Positions 37,128 to 52,307 are shown, counted from the stretch's first letter. The stretch is 64,000 bases of DNA from Eledone cirrhosa (GCA_964016885.1 OZ024746.1:39308001-39372000); one strand, 5' to 3'. Numbers and translations: made by a program. The notes: a model not told the origin generated them from the letters alone.

Positions 37128-38460
37128 TTAATGTGATGTAGTCATAGTGCTGTTTGTACTTTTCAAGAATGTCTTGCTGTGCTTTCATGTGGTACAAGAT
37201 GTTATGAGTTAAACTGTATATCTTTACAATGTTGTCTGCATAGATTTAAATTTCAAGTTATGAAATACAATATAGTAATGCAAGAACTATTTAAGAACAT
37301 TTTAATGGAAAATGAGAAACAAGTGTGTGAATAGTTTTGATAGAGTTAATCAACAAGAAAGAGAATGACAGGCTGAAAGGAACTATTTAATATAAATATA
37401 TGGCCATCTTAAGAAATTGAGATAGTTAATGAGGCAAACATTAGAAGCAAAATGCTTGGGAATTCTTTATGATGAGAAAGTAATAGGATTTGAATGACCC
37501 AAGAAGATGTTAATGATTCTACCTGTTAAATTCACTCAATGGTAAGAATCTGACAGTTCATAGTATTAATTATATTGGCTACACCTATTTTGGCAGCAAA
37601 CAAGTTAGGAACATAATGTATCAAAGATAGTCTTCACTATATAAGAAACTGCTTTGCCAGATGTGATACAAAAAGTCTAATAACATATAACAGCTTTGTT
37701 TTTAGATAAATATAAACACTTTAGAACAATCTTTTTTTTTTTTTTATTGTAAAACTAGGAGTAATTTAAGTTGGTGAGGTATCTAAAGGATATATTCTGA
37801 GAAATTTTTTCATGGTTTGTTCTCTTTTTCTGAATCACTTTAAAAACAATAATAATAATAATAATAATAATAATAAGCCAAATAGCCATTTTTCCGGAAA
37901 CGTAACTTATAAAGTGATATAGAAAATTATAATATAATATAAAAAAAGGAAATAAAAAGAAAATTATTAAATGTATGTATTTTCATTTGCTGATCAACAT
38001 GCACTTTAAAACAGACCTTTTTTTTTTATGCTACTAAAAGAATTATGTTGCAGTAGATTAGTTTTTAAAATCGCGTGCGTGCGTGTGCGTATATATATGT
38101 AGAGAGAGATTCATGAACTTCTATAACTTAGCTATTAGTAAGGTATAGAAATATCTAGCTAAATAGCTGTAAATAAACAACAAAAAGCAGCCTATAGTAT
38201 TTAGTAGCATAATGGAGCTACAGTATACAAAGCATTATACAGCTTACCAAATTATAATGAAGCAAATTCATATTTACAGTATTTTCCACCATTAAATAAA
38301 TATAGTTATTTGGGCCATACATTTCCCTCCATCTCTCAAACATGTCTGTTGAATGAGTTCACATTACTATTTTAGTCTTAGAGCACAATCTGTTTTTTTT
38401 TTTTTGTTTTTGATTTTTACACACAAACAGAGAGAGAAAGAGATTTTAGAAATGTCATGT

Positions 38461-38497
<37 letters not shown>

Positions 38498-39218
38498 CTT
38501 GAACTTTCTAAAATAAAAAATAAATTTTCAATTTAAAAACTGCTTTAAAATATCTTTAAGGAAAGGATCCGACAACTAATAAGAAAAGCAGTTGTATGCA
38601 AGAATATCAAACAAAAAAAGGCTGAGTGTGGTGGGGGTAAATCAGTTTCATAAATAGAACTAAAGTGTTTATTACTTCTAAACAGGAAAGAAATGACAGT
38701 ATGCATTCAAGAAGAGATATGTAGTTTTTATTTATTTATTTAAATAACCTATATTCCATTAATAAAATAGAATTTTTTTTTTTTTAAATGGATGGGTGGG
38801 GTGAAAGTAACAGTTAGTCTTATTTTATGTTTGAATGCCTCTTCAAGAAACAGTTTTCTGTACATTAAATTAATCAATAGTACCAAAACCCCAAAACCAT
38901 CAATAAAAATGTGTTACAATTAGTCTAAAACGTTTTTTCTTTATTTAGCTTTAAGGTGGAATCACTGATAAAAAACATGAAATATCGAAGAATCTATTGT
39001 ACTAAATGATTCTATATATCTATTTATGGCTCTGTAATTAAAATATTGAAATGAAAACTAAGGAAAAACAAATGTCCCGAAGGGATTAGATATATAAGTC
39101 ACATTTGATCTCAATGATTCAAGGAGTTATTTTTACTAAAAGAGTTACACAAATAACCAGTCCTTAGATACTTACTTCAATGTTCAGATTTAATAAAATC
39201 AAAAGAACAAAAACATTT

Positions 39219-39702
39219 ACAATATATAATCAAATATAAGCCGACCCTCTATTTTAACATCTGAGAAATAGGTAAAAGTCCAAACCCCTTTATAAGCCAA
39301 CATAGATAATCACCACATGTTTAGATGGTGCAGTTTTGAAATTCTCATAAGTGGAGAATATATTTATGAAGTTTTGATATTTAACATTTTAAAATGTTTT
39401 AAGTATTGTTTACAGTATAGTTTTTGTCTCACAACTCCATTATGTAATGATTTTTTGCCAATTCTCGATCATTTTGAAAGCCATATTCATTCAAAATATT
39501 AAAAAAACAACAGGAAATATGAATTTCACATCAAAAGTTAAACCGCTCCAAAGTGAAAACATTTTAGCATCTCATTTACGTAGAATTTTAAAGTTGGTGA
39601 AAAAATCAGCAAAATATTGACCTCGAATATAAGCTGATCCCCCATTTTACTGCCTATTTTTTTCATCACATATTTCTCAGCTTACATATGAGTATAGACA
39701 GT
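39219..39702. mobile_element. Tc1/mariner-superfamily (Tc2-like) non-autonomous element
   Basis: Repeated TATAAGCCGAC-like motif (39235, ~39292, ~39628) and degenerate TIR end GCTTACATATGAGTATAGACAG-TA. Confidence 0.55.
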
Positions 39703-42700
39703 AATACCTTTTGATACCAAACTGCCTGAAATCATTCCTGGTTCTTTGATACAAAGCTGTTTTAAAGTATTTATATTTATTATCTAAAAATAACTTCCAA
39801 TAATTTTACGTAAGAAGCTTTAAGTTATGTTCGAAACACAAATTTAATAATGAGAAGAGTAGCCATAGTAAATGCCTCCAAATTCTTGATTATTTTCATC
39901 AAATTATAGGCAGTGTCTTTCATTAGAAAGTATAGTAATAAAAAGGGAGGATATAATCAAAAGAGTAACCAGCACCTAAATATTCAGATACAATAAAAAA
40001 AGAAATAAAGCAATGAAATAAAAACAATACATAACACTATTAAGGGAAAGGAAAAGAGAGAAACATGAAAATTATTTAACTATTTACTTCATGTCATTAC
40101 TTCTGAATAGAACACATAACTAAAGATTACATTTTCTTAACACTAGTTTTGAATGTAAAAAATTAAAAGTAGAGGAATAGAAATAACTTTTGTGGTATTT
40201 TTAAAATATCGCAAATAAAATTTATTCTCACATAAAAAACTGCAATAAAATTTACAAAATATTGCTGCTGCTTATAATAGAGTAACTTTACAAGAGAAAT
40301 TATTCAGTAGGAAAATGGCCATATGTCAAGAAAATAGAAATGTCATTACATCAGTTAAGAAAGCAGCTCTTTAAGATAGCATGTAAACTGCAGGTTTGAC
40401 ATTTCTAGGTGAAAAAAGAATACAAAGCAACTAACTACACTAGAAGTAGACCTGTATTTAAAACAGCCAGAAATCTGAAGAGAATGTAAAGCATGCAAAA
40501 AGACTATATTACAGTAAAAACAAAATTGTAATTTTTTTTTTCTTTTCTTTTATCTTATTTTGAATAGCAGGTTTTAAAAGAAACTAAGTTTATGAAGTGA
40601 AAGAATTGAAAATCAGTACTAATAGCAGGTTTGTTCTTAGAAGCAGAACTAAATCAACTATTATTTTCTGAGGCTCAAACAGTGAGTCAAGCCAAGTCAA
40701 CAATTCATAAGCCAACAAATTAAAACAAAAATTTATTCAGTGCATCGGAATGGACTTCCAGCAGTTTCGATAAAGAGTGCTTCAACTGTGCAATTTATAG
40801 AACAATCCACTTGTGGAATTAACATGAGTGGCTGGTTGAGTATTCCTAATGTTATTCTCAGGAAGATTTAGCATGACTGTGAGTGACAAGGATGACCTTT
40901 TGAATTTCAGGTACAGTCAAACCAACTGGCTTCCAAACAATTTCTTTCTACTCAATTTCACTCACATAGCTTGAGTTGACCTGGTATGGTCCTGTAACTC
41001 CTGGCAGAGTTGTAGGGACACCATATTGACATACAACGTTTTGGGGGCAATTATAAGCCTGGCAGATCCCATCCCTTTCCAGTCCTGAATACAGCAGACT
41101 TTTTCCAAAGAAAGATAGAAAGTGAGCGAGAAGAAATGAGAAAGGGATATAAAGGAAGAATCAACCCCAGTACTAGACTGGTACTTTTTTTTTATCAACC
41201 TCGAAAGGACGACAGGCGAAGTTGACCTCAGCAGAATTTGAAATCAGAGGGCAGAAAACCAAAACAAATACCACAAAGCAACCTAACTGACTTTTTAACA
41301 ACTCCTGAGGTTATGGTAAATGCCACTTTCTCAAGATGCCACACTACTGTGGGACCAAACCCTTATGATTGCAGAGCAAACGTCTTAACCATCCAGCCAT
41401 GCTGAATCCACCTATCTCATCTGAGTAATCTATTGCATACTATTCAATTTCAGATAATTACTTCGTCATTAAGTATAGGCATAACTTTCAATGAGCAAAA
41501 TGTTTAATTTAAGATTGAAATTAACCATTTATAAAATAATATAAATAAAAAAAGATAGATTAAAAGCACATTTAAAAATTTGATTTAGAATTTATGGTAC
41601 CAGAGATTGGATATTTGTAATTGCTATTTAAGCTTTTTATTTTGCTATAAGAATGATTTGAAAGTATAGTAAGTAGTTGCTTCAACAATACAATTGAGAA
41701 AGCAGAGAATATGTCACTGAGGCAGGATCAGAAGAGGAGGGGAATAGAAGATATTTAATGCTGAGAAATGTGTAAATTGATTATTGAACAAGCTATTTAT
41801 AATAGTAATTAGATAACCTTGAATAAAAAAACAGACAGATTATACAATTAGAGCATATGCATTTCAATTGAATTCAAATTAATTCTGCAATAGCTTATTG
41901 AAAAAGTATAACTATCTATACAAATTAAAACAAATATGTCCTAAATAATAGTGAAAAGAGTTACTAATTAAATATAGTTTTTATTGAATGTTGATAGCAA
42001 GCTGATGGCAAACCAGCAGTCAACTGTTGAAACATGAATTTCACATCCAAATTGTAGGATTCTAATTATAAATTGAAAAATAGAAAAACATGATAATTTG
42101 ACTGACTCTACTACAAATTGGGAAGCCAAACAATGTTGAATGCTTTCTTTATAATACAAAAACAAACAAAGAGGTATTCAAACTACACATTTCTATTAAC
42201 ACACACTATTTTTGCAATTTATTCAGTCCTCAGAAACTCATCTATTTAGAAATCCAGGAGAATTGTTAGAGAGAGAAAAAAAAGGATATTTTGCTTTTAA
42301 AAAATGACAACCAAATGTCCTGAAACCACCCCTGGTTCTAAGTTATGAAACAGTTTGCTTCACAGTTTAAAATTCAAATTTAAAAATTAAATTTTTTTAC
42401 TAAATTGCACTCCAAACACCAGATTAATTAATTATGAAAAGGTTTAGTTACTAAATCTCTCAAAATACTTGATTATTTTCAAATTTCATTGAATACCAAA
42501 GGAGTGCCTTTCATTAGAAATATGAATAACGAAAGGATTAAAGATGAGCATGATTAGTTAAAACTATACCCTACTCCTTAATTCTGTTTCTATGTTAACA
42601 TTTTCAAACTAAAATTTAGTTAGTTTGAATTCCCAAATAAAATGAAAGTGGACTGAAGACCTATAATGTAATGAACAACACTAGGAATTAAGAACTAAAC

Positions 42701-45700
42701 CATGTGAAAATAATACGTTAGTGAATTATTTCTACAAATTTTAACAATATCAGGATATATGAATACAATATGAATTTGAAATAATATGAATTTGTCTGCA
42801 TTAAATTTTTTTTATGATCTTCCCTGAAAGCCCTCCACCCTATCCCACCCCCATATTTCAGAAGAGAATAGTGGCCACCTTTTTACAAGATACAAATAGA
42901 AACAGTTTCTATCTCAATAAGGAAACTAATATCATAGGTTTTTACTCTCAATGGTAATCACAACATAAATGAAGCAAAATGGTTCTTACTGGAAACAGAA
43001 ACTGGGTCTTAAGACTCAATATGGTGAGTTTATTTATAATTTATTTTATAAAAGATAAAAAAAGTTAAGAAAATCTTTTAGTAATATAGTAAGTTCAATA
43101 ATTTAATACTGGCCTTGTAGAAACTCTCTCAATCACACATTTTGTCATATAGATAACAGGTATTGAAGTAAGCACAGAGCAAAGATATTTCTAAACCAGT
43201 TTCTTTCTACTATTTCACACAGACTGATATAAATGAAGAAGTTTGAAATAATTTACATGACTGGTTTGTTTGTGATGACAAAGGACTTTTGGAATATTTT
43301 ATAGCTGTAGTTTTGTGTATAACATTTGAATTCCTGGACTGGGTGGTGTGTTCTGTTATTGAGGAATACACTGTATTTCACATTGCTCCAGAATACTCAG
43401 CTGAGAGTGAGTACCAGCAGTAGTTGGGGAGTTAATCCTGCAATAGACCAACGTCCTGTCCAGGGAGAGTCTTATACTCACAATTGCTTAATTGACTATA
43501 ATGCTTACTTGTAACTATGTGGACTGGGCCAACACAAATTGTCAAGAATATTCATCTCAGAATAGAAAGACAAAACGAATATAGTATTAATTATCACTAG
43601 TGATTGGTGGGAAATTGAGACATAAAATCAATTACAATAAATCTTGCTGAGCTATATTGCTATGAAGAAGTGTTTTTCTGTTGGTCATATAACAAAAGAT
43701 ATCTATTAGAATTCACCTCCTCACAAAATACCAAATTATTCCATTAATAATAGTGAATTATTGTTTGGCATTAACTCTTGATAACAAACCTCATGAAACT
43801 GACTTAAAAAACACTGTTTTGAAGTGTTCATATTTATCTAACAACCTTCCATCAAAATGTTATGTACAAGATTCTTTGTTAAGTTATATTTGAAACAGCA
43901 GCTTAATAATGAAAAAGTTATATTACTAAAAATTTCCAAATCTTTATTTTTAGAATTATTTGAACATAAACAGTTTTTCATTAAAAATTTGGTCAAGATG
44001 CTGATATGATGGGATGCTGATATGATGCATTAAAACTGTCATCAACATTAAATTGTATGTTCTCTCAATCAACCCTATATTTACTATTTATTCTACAATC
44101 ATTGCTGAATGATAAGTATTGGGTAGGTTATTTAGCTATAAAACAAATATATAATATGAACGTTGGTCATGCTTTAAACATTAATGCAAAAATTGAATTA
44201 CCAAAAGCATCCAACCCCTGCTATGATGAGAGCTCAAGTAAAAATACTGTAACCATATGGAAGTTGCCGGTTCTAGTAAAAATTGTCTGAGATTAGGGAT
44301 GCATTTACAAAGATCAAGTTCGCAGATATTTTACTGAGGAATATTATAAAAGACTTCATTTTTCAAGCATACAATATATACTATAGTACTATAGCTAAAC
44401 TGGGTTTCCTATGCATTCCAGGAATTATATTTAAGAAAAGGTTAATTTAATAAACAATATTTTACACTGCATTAAACAATCTATCAACACTTTATATTTA
44501 TGGAGAAAGTATATTTATGCACTTGTGTTTGCTTTTCTAATGTACAAATAGGAACATACTGACTATATATGTAACAGCACAAGTTATCTGGAGTTGATAA
44601 TATTTAAATAACAAGCAAATAAGTATGCATTAATATAACAGAGAGAGAGAGGTTTAAGTGGTTAATTAAATTTGTGCCTGGGGTATTTTATAAAAACTGA
44701 GTAAAGAAAATAAACTTGAGCTTAATTTAGAATAGACGAGAAATTTATAACTTTCTCTTTTAGTAAGGTAACTTGGTGGAATGTATTAGGTTTTAGCACC
44801 ATTGAAAACTATCACTTTCCAAAATGATTAAAATCCATTGTAGATTTCTTTTTAGAAATGAATAAACTAGGATTAACATCTAAGACTAAATCTGTCTTAG
44901 GACAATGTCATGATCATGTTCCATTTTGGTATTGTTTCTGCAGCTAGATGTCTTTCCTATTGCTAACCAGTATACAGAGTGTACTGGTTGCATTGTTATC
45001 ATGCATGGCACCAGCACTACCACTTTATATAGTGCATTTTATCATGACGTCAACATTAATGTAAACAAGTACTAAAGTTGATTTCTCATTAATAACTGAT
45101 CAGAAAGCAGCATTTCACTGGCAAATCACTTCATATATACTAGAAAGGCTAATCATCAACTTCATCAATTCAACCACCACACTGTTCAATAATCTCCGGA
45201 TGAGAACATTTGAGATCACAAATAGAAACTAGCATTTAGGAAATGTATTTCAGCATCTGTAACTCAAAATAACCCATTACATAGTATCTTAATTACCCTG
45301 GCCATTAAGATGTTCCCAAGATAACAATAACTACTTCACATTATTATATTTAACTAGTTTACCAAAGTCCATAACTCTGCAAATGAGTATAATTATCAAG
45401 TCTTTAGTATCAGATAGACAATATTATATAATCAGCCTTTCTCTCTTCCAGCTGCACTCCAGACCCAACTGGGAATTTAAATATTAGAACTTGGGCTCCC
45501 CATAATTGGATTGAATAAATCGCTCATCATCCCATTTATTAGCAACATTAAAACATTTAATGTTATATAATCTCATATATTCAACAAAATTTACATTCGG
45601 TAACATTTTTCCTATACTCGGGTTACCTTGAGCCAATCTCCTGCGAAATACGTGTGTAACAGGATGATACACAATAAATATTTTTTACTTATAAACAAAA

Positions 45701-46072
45701 CTTCCTCATATTTTTCTATTTTATATATGTATATATGTATATATGTATATATATATATATAACAGTTAACTGACAATATTTCACATTTAGGATAGATGAA
45801 ACAATGATTAGGTTGTTTTTTTAGCTTAAGGTCAACTGTAATTGAATAGGCCTATGATAAAAACCATTCCAGCCAAGATGTTTTTATGAGTTTGAAGGAT
45901 TTTTTTTTATCTAATCTGTCCTTGTCCTCATCAAAGATGCAAAAATTCAAAGCGATTATTTTTTCACTGCATGTGTTTAATTTGATATAAGAAGTTGTAG
46001 AGCACCAAATTGTAGATGACCCAGCTAAATTGCATAGTGGGTTAAAAACAGGGCAGGAGATATAAATGCTTT

Positions 46073-46260
46073 ATTGGATTGGCAGTTTCGGTAGAAGGTT
46101 GGACGCCATGCTTTGCAGCAAAGAGTTACGGCTCTTTATGGTCCGAGTTCAAATCCCACCGAGGTTAACTTTGCCTTTCGTCCTTACAGGGTCAATAAGA
46201 TAAAGTACCAGTAATACACTGGGATAATTGCTGGCCTTGTGCCAAAAATAGAAACAATTA
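46073..46260 (+). mobile_element. Major SINE, short variant, full-length
   Basis: GGATTGGCAGTTTCGGTAG...GAGTTCAAATCCC...GGCCTTGTGCCAAAAATAGAAACAATT. Confidence 0.9.
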
Positions 46261-46567
46261 TTTAATTAAATCTCTTTACATCCAAAATTTTAATTATGCT
46301 TCAATCAACTTTCTCTTTCATCCTTCAGATGCCAGTTAAGTATGTAGGAGGCAAGTACTGAGCTAGTCTCATTCAGCTAAATCTCTCCAATAAATTTCAA
46401 AACCTTGTGCAGTGTACAATCTAGACAAATTTTGAAGATGTTTGAACAAATTTCCGAAAATATAAGCAAATGAAGTAGAGTAAAGAAATTCATTAATAAT
46501 TTTTACTATATTACCTCAGTTAATACTAGTATTTACCACCATACCAAAGAACAATAAACTGTTTTAA

Positions 46568-46655
46568 CCCTTTAGCATTTAAATCAGCTATATCCGGCCA
46601 GAATTCTCTCACCTCTTTCTGTTCAAACTGGCCATAACCAGCTGCTCATAGATTC
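46568..46655 (+). mobile_element. piggyBac-like MITE family A, left end only
   Basis: TTAA|CCCTTTAGCATTTAAATCAGCTATATCCGGCCAGAATTCTCTCACC. Confidence 0.8.
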
Positions 46656-47672
46656 AATTGTTTTAGAGACAAATCTTCTTCCTAATACTAATCATGTATC
46701 TGTGTTGAGAGGAATGAGGGGTTTGATGAATTACTGAGGATGGGGGGAGGGGGGGAGGGGGTAGTAAAAACTAATTAACCATTTCAAAGTGTGCAATGTT
46801 TATATAAAAAGCAATGAATGGGAGAGGTAATAGTCAATTATATCAACTATAGTACTTAACTTTAAAATAAATAACCAGTATAAATAACATGGTATTTTGT
46901 CCAGTGTTCTAACGATTCAGCTAACATACAATTCTATGACCCATTAATAGCAGAAGGGCAAATTAATATTAATAGCTAAATTCAAGTACCCAAACCTTAG
47001 ATATTTTATAAATATGAAGACCTGCATAATCTTAACCAAATAACTTAGATCAGCAACTTAGTTTTGTAATGGACCACTTTCGATTTTGATTTTTTTCTAG
47101 TTTTGCCATGGTCCACAGGGAATTCTGGGGCATGAGAGTGAGATCCATCATCTCGACAGTAGTCGACGAGGGTTGATGATGACATGTATATTATATCATA
47201 TCTTACATATAAAAATATGAAATGGTCTAGGGCTGAACAGCCCACTTGAGGGCCACAAGCCCCTTGTTGCTGATACTTGATTTAAACAATAATTTCAACA
47301 ATAATTTCAACAATAATAAATTATATTATTCATTATTATATAGATTTTTTTGTTTCAAAGAACCAGAGTCAGTTTTAGCCAAGTTAGTATCTAAAGGGAT
47401 AATTAAAAATAAATTAAGAAACAATACATGAAATTTCTATCTCAATTAAAAATTAACCTATCTCTTAAAGTATATGAATAATTGAGCTTTGAACCATTAA
47501 TTTGAATGATTTGACAGTTATTCTGAAAACTGAGTATGACATTTTGTAAACTTGGTATATAGAACAAAAATAGGCTATGGAGGCATTCATTTGAAATAAC
47601 ACTGATATTATAGGAAATCATTAAAAATAATAATAATTAAAATTACAAAGTGAAAGTTTTCTCACTTACTAT

Positions 47673-47993
47673 AAAGCACCCAGTCCATTCTGTAAGATTA
47701 TCATGATGGTGACAACAAAAAGCACCCAATCCACACTGCAAGGTGGTCGTGCTATTGACACAACAAAAAGCACCCAGTCCACCTAGTTAAGTGGTTGTGC
47801 TGGTGCCACAATAAAAAAAAAACCCAGCCCACTTTGTATCATGGTTGGTCTCAGGAAGCGCATCCAACAGTAGAAACTGAGCCAAAATATAGCTCCGTAT
47901 GAGCACGACATGGTCTCCGGAGCCGACTCGTCTCATATTGTGACACACAGTCTAACCCATGCAAGCGTGGAAAATGAATATATGATGATGATG
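47673..47993 (+). repeat. Modular element: ~3.5 tandem ~46-bp units plus body and RTE-type tail
   Basis: AAAGCACCCA.TCCA...GTGG..GTG.T..TG..AC three times, then GGTTGGTCTCAGGAAGCGCATCC...CCCATGCAAGCGTGGAAAA...TGATGATGATG. Confidence 0.78.
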
Positions 47994-48349
47994 TACTGTA
48001 TTAGGGAGGTAGTGATTACAACACTGGCTTAAGTAAATGAATAAATAAATCTAATGAACAAGCAATAAGGCACTTTCTTACAATTCAAGAAACTAAGAAA
48101 ATGAAATAGCTCACACCTATGTAAGTTTAATTGGCCTTCTACTAGGTTGCATCTCATAGGTTTCTTCAGTGTTTTAATGACAGCAGCTTCAGTCCTACCA
48201 TGAAAAGTAACATGAAATAAAGTATCTTGCTCAAGCACATGCTGCACTGTCCTGTCCAGAAACTGAACCCATGACATGACAGCACTCTAAACACTTGGCA
48301 ACACTAAGGTTTAAACATTGAAGTATTCAACTTTTAAAAAAAAACTAAT

Positions 48350-48497
48350 AATTGTTTCTACTTTAGGCACAAGGACAACAATTTAGGGGAAGGGGAAAGT
48401 CGATTAAATCGAACCCAGTGCATTACTGGTACTTTATTTTATTGACCTCGTAAGGATGAAAGGCAAAGCTAACCTCGGCAGGATTTGAACTCAGAAA
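48350..48497 (-). mobile_element. Major SINE, long variant, 5'-truncated
   Basis: GGGGAAAGTCGATTAAATCGA segment plus core. Confidence 0.88.
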
Positions 48498-50836
48498 AGA
48501 GCCAATGTTGCTTGACAATTAGTCATTTTGTAGTAATATACAGTAACAAAACAACAACAACAACAAAAAATTGATTAGTAAGGTCACTAAAGAGAACTTT
48601 ATTCTAAATTGACATATTTATGAAATATCATTTCCTCTAACATTCTTAGGATAGAGAATGAAAAATAACAATTTCTCAAAGTGTAAACAATGAAAACAAA
48701 TTCATAACTATTACTAAACAATTTCAAAACCATTAAACAATGTTTAAAAATTCCTATTAATAAATTCCTATTTGCACCTATTTTTTAAAGTTGATCTGTA
48801 AAATATTTGTAGAATTTGATATTTTCATAGCTAGCCACTCCTCTACCACTAATCACTGGTGCCCCAGCAGTGCCAGTCGGGTGGTTTAGTGAAATTACCA
48901 TTACCCCCAGGGCTTTATTAATGGCTATTAATGTAGGAGCCACTACACAGCTTTTAAAATTATGCTATAAAAATATAAATAAAAAAAATATCTGTCCAGT
49001 AATGGTACCATGTCGGAAGACACTCAATACAAGCCATCCCCTCCTATTGACAAAGCAGTGACAAACAAACAGAGACAACATACCTTGAAAAGAGCCCATA
49101 AGTCTTGTCAAGGATTTGAAAACCTCTTTAGTATTGGTGCCAAGTACACTGCATCAAGTACTAGTGCTGGTGCCATGATAAAGTGCACCCAGTACACTTT
49201 GCAAATTGGTTGGTATTAAGAATGGCATCTAGTCATTGAAACCATTCTAAAATATGGAACATATGAGCAAGACGTAGTTTCTTCAACTCACCTAAACTCA
49301 GATTGTGACAAGCTGTCCAACCTTGGCCAGCACGAATAGAACATGTAAAATGGTGATGATGATTCTTAAAAACTGGAAAGATCTAGGCCAATTATTAAAT
49401 AGAGCACTAAGTCATCTGACTAGCAAAGGCTAAAATGAGTTAGGCAAACTGAGACAAGGAGAGTTATGTTTCTTGCTCAGGTTTCATGTAAAATGAAGAA
49501 TGAATATCAAAGACAAGACATGTTTATAGCTGCACTTAAGTGACCTAATTATTGATGTTTCTATGCAAATTAAAATAAACTCAATACTAGATTTGTGAAA
49601 TAGAACAAACAGTAAAGAAATCTGAAAGATTGGTGAAATATGTCCTCTAGCAAAAACGTTTATATATAATATGCCATGTTTTATTCTTTCACTGGTTTCT
49701 ATCAGACTGCACTTGTGTTGGAGTACTGCCTTCAATGTTGTTATGTTATCATAACAACCTCACTATTTATTTCAGTTTGGTACCTATTTTATTGTTGTAC
49801 ATTCTACTGATTCTGATTGGCTAAATTATCATTTTGATTCATTTACAATTCAGCTTGCTTTAACTAACAGTGTTGTGTTAAACACACAAACACCTACACG
49901 AACACAGACAAATACACTTTTACATGCATATATGACAGGCTTCAAAAATGTGTCTGCCTACCAAAATTCTACTCATAAGGTAGTGTTCAACAGGGCTTAT
50001 AGAGTATGACACCTGCCTAGAGTGCAACCCAATGAGAATGAACCCAGAACCACCCCAAAAGAGAGAAAACAGAAAAGAAAGAAAGAACAGGAGGGGGACA
50101 GAGAGATGTTAGGTAAATAGAAAAAAAATTAAAAAAAGAATAAATAAAAAAGAAATTAAAAAGATGATATTTCAGATATGTGGCATGTCAAAAGTAATGT
50201 CCTACAAACTACATTAGGTTTCAGTTTAGTATTATGAAGAGTGGCTATAAATAAGCAAAGGCTACGCACCACAAGTTCCTTTTTAAAACCTTCAATTAGA
50301 TAAGCACAGGAATGCTTGCTATTTCCTTCTTCATATTTTATTTCAATAAACATCTCCACTCACCCACACACCAGTTTTGTCAAACCTTTTTATTTGTAGC
50401 ACCTTCATTCTAATTGTAGATTATACTTAAAATCATTTTACACATAACTGCAGTTATTTCTTTTCATTTTTATATATTTATTAATCTATTTTTTTCCCCC
50501 ATTAAGACCAATAAAATATAGTAATTCAGTGAAAAGTCACATTAAAAAAATAGTATGATTAAATTCTTAAGTATTCTGCAATACAAAGTCACAATAGTAT
50601 TTTATTTAATAAAGAAAAATCTTCCGATAATATATTGTCAAAGGCCATATTCACTGAGCACTGAGTCAGCTCTTATAATGTAGTAACTAAAAGTGTAGTG
50701 TATTTCCATGTGGAAAGACTGTCACTGACAACTCAAGCATACATTATGGAGAAATCCTAAAATAAGGTTAATTTATGCAGCCAACATCACAAGGGCTATG
50801 CCTACTACTTTATGCAGCATAGACTAGATAGATTTA

Positions 50837-50907
50837 TAGTGTAACATTTTGCCTCTCTCTAATTATTAAAACTTACAGTGAGACTTGCTCATTTCAGTTA
50901 ATTTTTA

Positions 50908-50938
<31 letters not shown>

Positions 50939-51305
50939 GAGGGTCAGACGCCATGCTTTGACGTATAGAGTTACGGCCCTTGCCATTCTGAGTTCAAATC
51001 CCGCCGAGGTTAACTTTGCCTTTCATCCTTACGGGGTCGATAAAATAAAGTACCAGTAATGCACTGGATAATTGTTGGCCTTGTACCAAACGTAGAAACA
51101 ATTATTATTATTATTAATAATACTTCTTCCACTACTACAAGTATGTTTTTTTACTAAAAACTTATAATGGTAGTGTAACATTTTGCCTTTCTTTAATTAT
51201 TAAAACTTACAGTGAGACTTGCTCATTTCAGTTAATATTTAATTATTATTATTAATAATACTTCCAATACTACAGGTATGTTTTTTTACTAAAAACTTAT
51301 AATGG
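50837..51305. repeat. 135-bp tandem duplication; first copy carries a SINE (50938-51101, +)
   Basis: TAGTGTAACATTTTGCCT...(ATT)n...AAAACTTATAATGG occurs at 50837-51170 (with insertion) and 51171-51305 (without). Confidence 0.92.
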
Positions 51306-51307
51306 TA

Positions 51308-51488
51308 TTCGTTATAACGGAATTTTTTTCCATACCAGAAAACATTTTAACAAATTTTTCAGGATAACATTTTTTTCAATCTTAAGCCACAAGCTTATTA
51401 AAACAATGATTTGTTTCGGTAAAATTTTTCTTTACAACAAATTTTTCTGTATACCCTGTGAATTTCGTTATAACGAAATTTCACTGTA
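51308..51488. mobile_element. Tigger/pogo-like MITE fragment
   Basis: TTCGTTATAACG motif twice; terminal TTCGTTATAACGAAATTTCACTG followed by TA. Confidence 0.6.
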
Positions 51489-52009
51489 TATATAAATTAA
51501 GTAAATTAATTTCTAATTTGTCTCAAGTTAATAGAAAGAGGAAGAACCCCCCCCCCCCCAAAAAAAAAACATCTTGAATTAAAACATGCTTTGTTATAAA
51601 TTGGGCTGTATGAACTGAAGTAGTTTACATTTAGCCAAATTATATGTATATCAGTTAAGAGAAGAAGGATATTATAATTGTAAAGTATGGCAGATCACAT
51701 GATGTTGCTGATATTTGACAACTTCAATCACTATAGGGAACTACCATGAATAATATTTAGATTTTCAATTACTTATTATTCATGTTATGCATAAGCATGA
51801 TGTGTTATAACTTTTTTTTCCTTTAAAATATTAAAATGAAATAAAAGAAGACAGACATTTTCAGATTTTATAACATTTTCATGGGAAAAGGTATGTTCAG
51901 TTAGTTTTAGTTTATCACGTTTGAGCACAACTGCTTCAGAATTCTGCTACACACTTCATACACGGTGCACAAGATGAATATCTTGTCAGGCAGCAAGTTA
52001 CCAAATATG

Positions 52010-52307
52010 TCTGCAGACAGGAACCACTCCTTGCAACAGTGAAAAGATGATAGCTTGCCCTATACAGATATGTATCCAGCTACAACTACCTGTCCAAAAT
52101 CATTCTCCAGAGTACAGTTGAAGGAAAGTAAAGAAGAGATAGACAAAGTAAATCCTGGTCTGACAACATTAAATACTCCAAGAGATCTCAGCACTGTAAT
52201 CCTTTATTATATGACAGAGGACAGAGATCTGTGGTGATTGCTGACTGCTATAATGTCTAGAGTAGCACCCCATTGACTATCTGTGCCAGTTACAGGATGA
52301 TGATGAT
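52010..52307 (+). mobile_element. RTE-type (BovB-like) LINE 3' fragment, third family
   Basis: Relic LSKIILQSTVEGK*RRDRQSKSWSDNIK and TEDRDLW, ending in a (GAT)n tail. Confidence 0.7.
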
